From: Octopus vulgaris
Taxonomy: Eukaryota
Length of the DNA: 64,000 nt
Assembly: GCA_951406725.2 (NCBI GenBank)
Contig: OX597831.1
Coordinates: 46,252,001-46,316,000 of the forward strand
Direction of reading: 5' to 3'
Shown: piece by piece, positions 53,639 through 64,000 of the stretch
How positions within the stretch are numbered: position 1 is the first letter of the stretch
How the letters are laid out: each line of letters starts with the position of its first letter
The notes under the pieces: generated by a model
The model's database searches: none
Told to the model about the DNA's origin: nothing
Seen by the model: the letters and a program-made list of their open reading frames with translations, nothing else
Translations under genes and position numbers: made by a program

Positions 53639-55943
53639 ATATGTCGTTTGGGGCTACGAAGACAGTGTTTTGATTAATTGAGAAAAATATTTCTTGTATT
53701 TTCAGGAGCGTGGGAAACCCACAAGGAAGCAAGTGCATCATTGCCAGTAAATACTAGGGACGAGGCCGCAGTTGCCACCCTTGTACCACTGAGGAATTTA
53801 ACACCAAATCATCAACAGCGAACTTTTGGACATCAAGAAAGAAACATTTCGTTGCACGTGCAAGCAACTTGAATTACGAAGTGCCAAGAATGACGCCTTG
53901 ACCTCTATCCCATCTATTTAAACTAGGCGAATTTATGAGATAACTGGAAAATTGCGGATGTGGACAATATAAATAGGAGACATATACTCATTGGATTTCT
54001 AAACTGCATACTTATGTGCAACTTATACATAGCATATATACAAGATACCAGATATATTGCGAAATGTATTTTATGGACTAATACATGCTCACTACTTGTG
54101 AAAGCATAATTAATTATACGATACTCAAGTACTTATATCTACAAAATGCGGTGTGGTGCTACCTGTTGCATTCAATAGTATACGTTTCAATATTTTTGTA
54201 TTTTCATATTTCGGTACGCGTGAATATTCACGTATTATGCATTTAATCAATACTGAAAGCTAATTATCCCAACATTGCAAGGCTAACGCAAAGGAAATCA
54301 GGAAGACAGAAATCACTAAATGAGATGATGTCCCAAATGTGTTTATCTACTAATTTTGAAGTCTCGTATAAGCTCGTGTATGCACATGTATTCGCATCAA
54401 AATTGGACGCGTTTACCAACATCCTAAAAGGCAATTTTTGACATGACACCATTGAAGGCACTGTTATTCCACAAATAAATTTTCTCTCTCCGTTTTTGAA
54501 AATTGTGGTATGCATTCAAAATTATTCAAAATTTATCATTTGGTTATAATATTTTTCTTGATAACCCTAAATTTTATCTTTATACAACATAACAATATTG
54601 TTTGAAATAATCTCCTATAGTACCCCATGGTAAAATTTCCTCTGTATTATCATTATTGGTTTTATTAGCGTCTTGCCCCTTTAACTGGTAATTAACATCT
54701 TGTTTTGAGATCTTACACTAGCCAACCTCATTATAGCCAGTTACTTTATACTACTTCCAAATAATCTTGACAAGTTTTATGACTATACCCATTATGTTCT
54801 GTCAACTCTTTCCTGCCTTTTCCTAATAGACACAATTCTCTAGTTTTAGATTTGATAAACAAGACTAATAAATTAAAACTGAACCAAAATCAGTGACAAG
54901 CTATGACCCAAACAAATTTTTTTTCCTTATGTCTTCTTACTCTATTAGAGTATTTAAGCAAAATTATATTAATATGTCCGACTGATTAAAAAAAATTCTA
55001 TTTATTTATTTATGCAGCTGAGAATAGCCCTGCATTTAAATTGATGTAATGATTGCATTGTTCAATTAAAAGGAGCCGCTTGAAACGGTCGTACTGCATC
55101 ACCTCTGGATATCCTGTTGCTTGTTTGATTTCATTCACTTATTTTGAGGTTGTACGGATAGTACCGCACTAATGTTTGGTGCTTCAATTTAAGTACCTAA
55201 TTCATCTGAATCTCAATTATATATATGTCCTTTTATTATTATTATTAGTATTAGATTTTGTTTTGTTTTTTTTTATCGTATTTTTGTATTTATATTCGTG
55301 TAACATCGTCTGTTTTTCCGTCCTTGTTTCGTATACATTCGATGCTTTTTTTCCATGGAATCTAATGCTCTTAGCTTAGTGTTTCCTTGGGGCTGGCCAG
55401 ATTGGCGCAATCTCGAGATTAATCAGCCGAAATTGCGAGGAGGATCCGGTTCTTGACTGAAGATAAAAGGCTTCGAATGACCCGTCCGTGTGTTTTTTGT
55501 ATCTGGATGTTTTGTTGTCCTTTTTTGTGTCACCTAGTTGTCCGGATGTTTTGTTCTCTTATATGTAAGTACACATTTCACTAAATTTTGTACGACTTTT
55601 TCAACACTCTCTCCCCCTCACTCTCACATTTCTTTGCCTTTCTTACTAACTCTACACTTCGCTATGTCCCTGTCTCTCTCTTTTTTTCTCGCCACTCCTT
55701 GATTCTTCCGTCTATCTACTTCTACACACACTCTCTCTCTCATCTCCGCCTCCTCAATTCCTTTGTTTCTCTTTTTCTCTCTCTTCTCTTCTCACGTGAC
55801 CGTTGGCCGACTGCTAGCCCTTTTTGTGTCTGACCTAGGTCACTGTCACATCGACATTCTTCCCTCTGCCGTAAGGCTTCATTACTACACACACCAGCTG
55901 AATTCAATTCGTCCCCAGTCGAAAGACGCCTGTTGCCATGTCC

Positions 55944-56031
<88 letters not shown>

Positions 56032-56889
56032 GTTTTTTGATTCTTTATTGTATTTTTGTATTTATAGTCGTGTAACATCGTCTGTTTTTCGTTCTTGTTT
56101 CGTATACATTCGATGCTTTTTGTAAGGAATCTTATGCTGTTAGCTTATATCTTCCTGCAAAGATTTTTCTTCAATGACTGACATAGTCTTTGCCTGTTGA
56201 TTTGCGAGGGCCTTGAGAAAGACTTGTTCTATTGTGGAAGACTTTCAGACTCATTTGCTAGGAAGGTTTGGACTAGTTGCAAACTTTTCGTGCCCTGTCT
56301 AGATCTTGTTCACCTGGGCGACGATTGATCCGATATAGATGACGCCTCGTTGAGTTTTGGCTTCTGACCATTAAAACAACATTGGCATTAGGAGACGAGT
56401 CTGGTTGTTTCGAGTTAACTTTTGGACAGAACACCGCCTCCGAGCCCTTTGAATGGATGTGTTTCTCATATCGTAATCGCAAGAGTCTTACAGAGCGAAT
56501 TTTGGTTGACATAACTCCAGGCATGACAGATTAGTGGTGATTTAAACTAAAGGATTATTTGTTTCTTATTTGTGTGTTGCTTCTAAGTCTCTTTGTTTTT
56601 ATTTTGTCCTAATTTACTTGCGACGCGTGATTTGTGTGTGTGTGTGTATGTGTGTGTTTGCAAGTGTATGTGTACATGCTCGCGCGCGCGTGTGTTGTGT
56701 GTCGTGTGTACATGTGTGTATGTGCGTGTGTGTGTGTGTATGTGTGTGTGTGTACGTGTGTGCGGAGGCGACATTATGTAGTTTATAAATATCAATATGT
56801 ACAAGTATGTATAAACAATTGGATCTATATGTAATTGATAAATTTACGCACCAACTGTGTATATATGCATAAAACGGTTTTTGCATATT

Positions 56890-57254
<365 letters not shown>

Positions 57255-57921
57255 CATTGCTTTTGCATAGCTTCTATCGCTAAAGATGTATTACATTGGC
57301 AGCTGTTCACTACCTGTGAACTAAAGTAACAAATTTTATATAATTTTCGAGAAACTTTGGGAGTATTCGAGCGGGTACAAGCAGTGCTGTTTCCTGCAAG
57401 TGTTCCACCCTTATTGCAGCCCCTATTTGTTCCATGTACTTCTCGAGATTTTTACTCACTCTTCCCAAGGCTCCGACAATTACTGGTACCACTACCACCT
57501 TTTTCATCGACCATAACTGCTTTACCTCCCAAGCTTTTCTTTCTTCCTTACCGCATACCTTGTCGTCAGCTGGGCGTGCTATATCTATGATCCAGCATAG
57601 TTTGCTTTCTTTCTCAAGTAAGACTATGTCTGGCTTCCTATTTTCTATCTCATGGTCGCATTGAATCATAAAATCCCACAGGGTCTTTGCAGAACGATAT
57701 TTTTGTAGATATCAAAAATGACTTCAAAATGGCGTCGTTTTCGTCTCCGAGTCAAGAAGAGAGGAGAGAGGAAGATGTTTTGAGGATGAAATCATCTTTG
57801 TTCGCCAACGTTTTTGAAACAATTTTGCAGACTTTATTAAAAGTATTAGTAGCAGTATCAGTAGCAATAACAACAGCAGCAACAACAACAAGAACAACAA
57901 CAACAACAGCAGCAGCAGCAG

Positions 57922-57972
<51 letters not shown>

Positions 57973-59320
57973 CAGCAGCAGCAACAACAACAACATCAAC
58001 AACACCGATAGGCGCAGCAAGAACAAATGATAGGCCAGACACAGAAGCTCACAAAATCACCAGCAGTATCAGCAGCAATAGCAGCACCGGCACCATCGGC
58101 AGCAACATTCTGGGCGGGACTCTGGGCTCCATTGTGGATCAATGGCTTGTTCGTTCCAGAGGACTTTCCAACGCGGGACCCATAAATCTTTTACCTTTTA
58201 CTGGATGAAGGGCATTGCCATTTCGAGATAAACTCTACAAGCATGGAAGTGCCACGTAACCGGGCCTGGCCAAGCTGCACGTCGAGATACGAAACTATTC
58301 TGTATGCATTTGTCCAGTACCTGAGCATTGCTGACTCTTGGGTTTAAGTTGAACACTTGTTTCATGTAGGACGAATCCGGCTGTCAACCAAGTCAATAGT
58401 GGGAATCGACGATCTACCTTTCTTTGACAAAAAAGGGCAGTTATTTTTTCTCTTGCCGGTCTATAAGGGTCGGTTTCCCGGTTTCATTGGCGTATAGGTT
58501 CCCCACCTGGACGGGACGCCGGTCCGTCGCAGGTGAGCTGCAAGATGCCGGAGAAAATGGTGAGAGAAAGTTGTGGTGAAAGAGTCAGCAGAAGCTCACC
58601 ATTACCTTCTACCGGAGCCGCGTGGTGCTTAGCTGTTTCGCTCATAAACGGTCTGAGATTCGAACCGGCGATCCCTCGACCGCGAGTCCGCTGCTCTAAC
58701 CACTAGGCCATGTGCCTCCACAATTTATATACATGCATACTATAATTTGTCATGTCGTTAAAAAAGAGGCAGCGGCAAAGAATCTTTACTAATAATATTT
58801 TAGTGGAGAACCACTGATCGAGATAATTGCCTTTGTTCAGCGTCGGAGAGGCAGGAAAGAGCAGTTCTTGAATAAATTCCACCTTTCTCTCCATTTCTCA
58901 GAGACGACATTCCGAGAGCCATTCAGCCATTTAATATTGTTGTCTTCACTTGTGATACTCCTCCCATCCTCCCATCCTTCTTTCCTTCCTTCCTTGCTAG
59001 CTTAATTCCAACCCCTTTTTCCACATTTCTCCCTGCATCCCACTTTGCATTCTTATTCTTCAAACAATAATTTTCGGTCTTCCAACTGGATGCGCAAACT
59101 CATTCAAGGGAGATAACTCCACGTGCTTGAATTATGAGTTACAAATCGTGCATAATTTATCTTTCTTGTACGTAAGATTTTCCTTTTGTTTTTATTTACT
59201 TTCCCGAGATACTCTACGTGGGAATCTACCACAGCAGTAAGATTTGATTCCTGTGAGTGTTTTAAACTAAAGTACATAGCATGCTCATTTGATGAGTGTA
59301 AGCTCAGAATTATATATATA

Positions 59321-59749
59321 CTAACAGTATCGCCCGGCGTTGCTCGTGTTTGTAAGGGAAATAACTATATAAGCATTTTTAGATGCCAATTCGGGCTTTC
59401 TTAGCCATTTTTGTTTTGGTGTCTTCAAGCCATGAAGTCGTTGTTCTAAAAGAACGCTGGTTTCCTTCACAACGCATTACGACGTTGATTTCTTTACACT
59501 CCCTTCCCCACAGCTTCACGAGGGAGGGAAGGGGGAGAAGCAAACAGGTGCAGCTGTGAGCGTGGACGCCAACTTCGCCGCCATCGACACACGATGCATT
59601 TTATGCATTAAAATGGAATAAAAAATGAAGTTAAATTATTTTTAAAATCGTAGACTCATCGTTGACGCGCGCTAATAGTCAGACGAGCTCGATATGAATC
59701 ACGACTATAAGATACCAGAATTTGGTTAAACTGCACCGCAAAATGTGGG
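59321..59749 (-). mobile_element. Non-autonomous Helitron-like insertion, unit 4 only
   Basis: Absent from units 1-3. The minus-strand end CGAGCAACGCCGGGCGATACTGTTAG|T resembles a GC hairpin plus CTAG terminus; inserted at (TA)n. Confidence 0.6.
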
Positions 59750-60365
59750 GTACTCATTTGATGAGTGTAAGCTCAGAATTATATATATATATTCGTCCTG
59801 TCGAACAGACGCTTGTCTGTGACGTCCTGTTTTTGTTGCTATTATTATTATCATTATTGTTTTTACGTATTTTTGTATTCTTATTCGTGCTATCACAAAT
59901 ATCACAATATTCGTGCGATATTGAAAGCTAATTACCCCAACATAGCAAGGCCAACTCAAGAGAAATTTGATCGAAAGAAATAATTAAATGTGATGATGCC
60001 CTAATGTGTGTATCTACTAATTTTGAAGTCTCGTGTAAGCACATACAGTTCCATCTGAAATGGACGCGATTACCAGCATCCTAAAAGGCAGAGCTTGAAA
60101 AATCGCCTTTGAGAAGATACTATTGAAACAATGTTACTTCACAAATAAATTATATATATGTACATTCAGACACACAGTACTCACCAAAGAGCTTTTAATT
60201 AGTTCAGTGTAGTTACATACTCTGAACGTTTTATTTATTTTAATATAACGCTTAAATGTTTAGGTAAAATTATTTTACATGGTGAATATTTGAAACTGGG
60301 AAGAACTTGCCGTGTTCATTTCGAGTGGTATGTTTCATTTGCGGATAAGCTATAAGGTGACGAAT

Positions 60366-61445
60366 TCAATGAGTTTCGATATTTTGTTTTTTACATAGCT
60401 GGAAAATGTTGTGAAATAAAGCAAGTAATTCATTACGAAACTGCCGATTGAAAACCCCGTAGATATACGGGTTAAGAGCAGAGCTGAGATAAGAAGAATA
60501 GAATAAAAACTTGTGAATCACTAGATCTTTATCACTTGCAACGTAATCAAAATCTTCAACAAACAACCTCCAGTATACTCCAATGAAATGTGGTATGTAA
60601 CTGATAATCCAGATCAAGGTGATAACGAAGAGTATTAAAGTAGACCAAGCTGGTGGCACTGGTTGCTTTCTAAGACGCGCAAAAGCGGTAGAACTAATAT
60701 CTGTAGACTGACCTTCAGGTTTGGAAATGTTAGGAGTTGTGAAGGCTTCACGAAACTGATTTGCTTTATTTTTCTTCGCTTTGTAAATTTTCCAAATGCG
60801 CATTCCAATTAATATGTATATAATGAAAAGAATGATAAACATACAACAGCAAACGGTTGATGCAGTAGTGTAATAAGCAAAAAAATTTATTGTGCCATTT
60901 ATATAAGGAGAATATGCACAAACTCCTCCAATATCGCCACATTGTTCCACCATTTTGTGTTGTGTGCCGGATACAAAAATTGATGGTGCAGACAAAATGA
61001 ACGCGATGATTGTTAAACATGCTAAAATTGTTTTTGAATTCTTAACGGAAATACTTTGTTTAAGAGGTCGACATATGAGAATGTATCTATCGACTGCTAT
61101 AACAAACACAATGAAAGCTGAATTGGTTATTGCTGCAACTGTCACAGTACGTATCATACGACATGCAACATCACTGTGAAACGTATAGGGAAAACGTAGA
61201 ACTACAATGTCCATAGGTATACATATTATGCAAGTTAGAAAATCACACACCGAGAGTGCTATAATGAACATATGCATGGCTGTCTCATCAAATTTATAAT
61301 AATATATGTATGATACAAAGCAATTTCCAATTGCTCCAAGTGCCATTGAAATTCCGAGATACGTTATCACTGGAAAATAAACATCCACCATAGTATTTAG
61401 TTCTAAAATACTAACGCAAATGTTGACACTTTTGTTTTGCTCCAT
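60366..61445 (-). CDS. Orphan GPCR copy 4, 359 aa
   Basis: Intact ORF with a one-codon deletion (K19) relative to copies 1 and 3. Confidence 0.95.
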   Translation of the reverse strand: MEQNKSVNICVSILELNTMVDVYFPVITYLGISMALGAIGNCFVSYIYYYKFDETAMHMFIIALSVCDFLTCIICIPMDIVVLRFPYTFHSDVACRMIRTVTVAAITNSAFIVFVIAVDRYILICRPLKQSISVKNSKTILACLTIIAFILSAPSIFVSGTQHKMVEQCGDIGGVCAYSPYINGTINFFAYYTTASTVCCCMFIILFIIYILIGMRIWKIYKAKKNKANQFREAFTTPNISKPEGQSTDISSTAFARLRKQPVPPAWSTLILFVITLIWIISYIPHFIGVYWRLFVEDFDYVASDKDLVIHKFLFYSSYLSSALNPYIYGVFNRQFRNELLALFHNIFQLCKKQNIETH

Positions 61446-61607
61446 TTTCTTAATATTGTTTGAAACTTTGAGGAAAGTGTTATGATTTGCGATTGGAGAC
61501 CTCGTACTTCCTGGAAAGACAAAGAAAAGTTGTTTGTAAACAGTTTATTCCAACAGACTTTATGAAATATTCTGCTTTACATCGAGAGTTAAGTTAACAG
61601 ATTTTAC

Positions 61608-62837
61608 AGTTCTATATTTAAGAGATGTGGAATTATGTACATTATTTACATTTGACGGATATCAGTCAAGATAGCATAAGAAAACATTAGATTTATAAGC
61701 CCTAAAATTCATTCCATAATTACCCGCGTCCATATGGCGTAGTTAACACAACGTTTCGGCTGATATACCCTCCAGCCTTCATCAGGTGTCTTGGGGAAAT
61801 TTCGATGTTATTATTATTATTCAGGTCACTGTCCGAACTCGGAATCTTGGGGTTAGTAGCCCGCACTCTTATCCACTACGCCATATGCCTGTGGGCAATT
61901 ATGGAGTGAATTTTAGGGCTTATAAATCTAATATTTTCTTATGCTATTCATATCTGCACTCGGTCTGCTTAGGAGATTGTTGTGTCCTAGCATATGTGCT
62001 GCTTCGTATTTTCCAGTTGTGTTCTCTATTTATCATTTTAACTCCATCTCACAGGGGTAGGTGGTCTCCATTTTTCCATACATGATCAGCTATACCCGAT
62101 TTATCAATATCTCCTCGTGTCACAGCTTTGCTATGTTTCTCTATCCCTACTTTGAAGGAGCGGCATGTTTCGCCCTTGTATAATCTACCACAGCTGCATG
62201 GGATGGAGTACACGCAATCTTTGGTCATATTCTCTTCTGTTGAGTGTTTTACTCGAAGGAGATATTTGCGAAGTGTTGTATTACTCTTGAATACTGTCCT
62301 GACGTCATATGGGCCACGTATCTTTTGTATCTTTTCGGAGAGGTCTTTCACATAGGGTAGACAGACTGTGAACAGTTTATTGGTTTCATTCTCTCTTTTC
62401 ATAACTGGAGTGGATAATATGTTTTTGGGGTAGTTGTTGCTTAATAGATTGTTATTGAGCTTGATAATTTCTTCGTGGTGTATACGGACGTCCTGAATCC
62501 ATACTTGGAAAGTTAGATGGTTTGAAAGACGAGCTAGTTTTTGTTGAAGTGTCCCTGTGTCTCCATTGAAATGTAATGTCGGCTCAGTTCTGCATTTTAG
62601 AAATAAGGAATTATGTACATTATTTACATTATTTACTTTTGACGGGTATTTGTCCTCATCGTGTTTGTTGTTAACATAACGTTTCGGCTGGTTGGATTTT
62701 AGGGCTTGTAAATCTAATATTTTCCTATCCTTCCTTAAAACCGATGAAGACTGGAGGGTATATCAGCCGAAACGTTACTTTAACAACATACAAGAAGTGG
62801 AGAAATATCCGACATGTGTAAATAATGTAAATAATGT
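61608..62837 (-). mobile_element. Penelope-like element remnant, unit 4
   Basis: ORF 62049-62402 with the same flanks. Confidence 0.85.
61745..61790 (-). ncRNA. Hammerhead motif, unit 4, intact
   Basis: Core and stems identical to 4408-4453. Confidence 0.75.
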
Positions 62838-63414
62838 CAACAAAGATTTGTACAAAAACAAGAAATACATTTATCAAATATTAATTACGCATGATATTTA
62901 TGAACGAATATTTGTGAATATACACTGTGAAATTGCTAAATTTTCGATATCAATCATATATTGGGAAGAGCTAGTGAATAAGCCATATAAGTATGTGCTT
63001 CTGTGTATGTGTGTGCTCATTGTTAATGGTTGAATCCGAAGAACATTAAGCAGTAAATAATAGAATTATGGTTAAAAATACCATTTGGAAGGATGAATTC
63101 TATTCTTGGGTCTCGAACCTACACGTGTTGCAAATACGATAGACGTTCTGCCATTGGACCAAAATAATCTTTCAAATTTCTCCATCCATTTTCGAAACTT
63201 TGTTCTTATAAGTGAGAACTGCATATTGGTGAGATTTCGTGTGAAATAATTCGTTTTTAATGGATAAAGTCGAAGTAGATAAAGTTATATGTAATAGCAT
63301 CTAAATATTGTCTTAAGAAACACTTTGGGGAGAAAAATCCGTATGTATGTATGTATGTATGTATGTATGTATGTGTATGTATGCATGTATGTATGTATGT
63401 ATGTATGTATGTAT

Positions 63415-64000
63415 AATAACACTGTTTTCTGCAGCTGCACTAAATGGGTTTTATGCCTGTTCCTCTCTCCATCTGTACAAATCTGTAGGTATAGTTTCTG
63501 TTGTACCTATAACTACTGGGATACATTTTACCCGCACTTTTCACAGTCTCTGTAATCTAACAGCTAGGTCCTGGAACTTTGTTATTTTTCTATACCTCTC
63601 ATATTTATTTTTTCATAACTTGGGACTATAAAGTCAATTAATTGGTACTGTCTACTACTTCTAAATTAGGCTTTCTCTTACTATGTCAGTCTGAATGTTG
63701 GCTCTAGGTTGACATGCCCGTTCCATATATTCTTTCTGTGCCAGCATAATACATTCACTTACTATATGAGTAACACATTCCTCTTTTGATTTGCATAACC
63801 TACATTGGGAATGCACTTAATTTTTGTCTGTTTTAGTTTTTTATCCAATTAATCCTTGATACTTGATCTTGTTCTGCTTCTAACAAACTTTCTGTCTCTC
63901 GTTTCAGCCGTCCTTTCTGCAACCATAACCATGTCACACTACAACTATTTGCTACAATCATCTTTGGGAATCTACCATGCAAAGCCTTCTCCTGCCAGTC
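63415..64000 (-). mobile_element. R4/Dong-like LINE stack, unit 4 (partial)
   Basis: Homologous to 27725-28310. Confidence 0.75.

Overview
AT-rich eukaryotic DNA. The SINE and LINE families suggest an octopus or other cephalopod, which is an inference. The window is a tandem segmental array of about 3.4 units with periods of 21,650, 17,417 and 18,049 bp, starting near 138, 21788, 39205 and 57254. Each unit carries one minus-strand class A (rhodopsin-like) orphan GPCR with a single coding exon: three copies are intact and one has a premature stop. Amino-acid differences between copies cluster in TM3 and ECL2/TM5, and the copies are mosaics of one another. Just upstream of each receptor, inside a predicted 5'-UTR intron, lies a Penelope-like element remnant. 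It carries a sense-strand minimal hammerhead ribozyme motif in the loop of a 72-bp inverted repeat, next to a tRNA-like Pol III module, and this cassette is in a different state in each unit. Units 1-3 also contain decayed relics of an older receptor paralog, stacked R4/Dong-like LINE fragments, tRNA-derived SINEs, a Tx1/L1-like fragment and microsatellites. All comparisons were made by eye and repeat boundaries are approximate.
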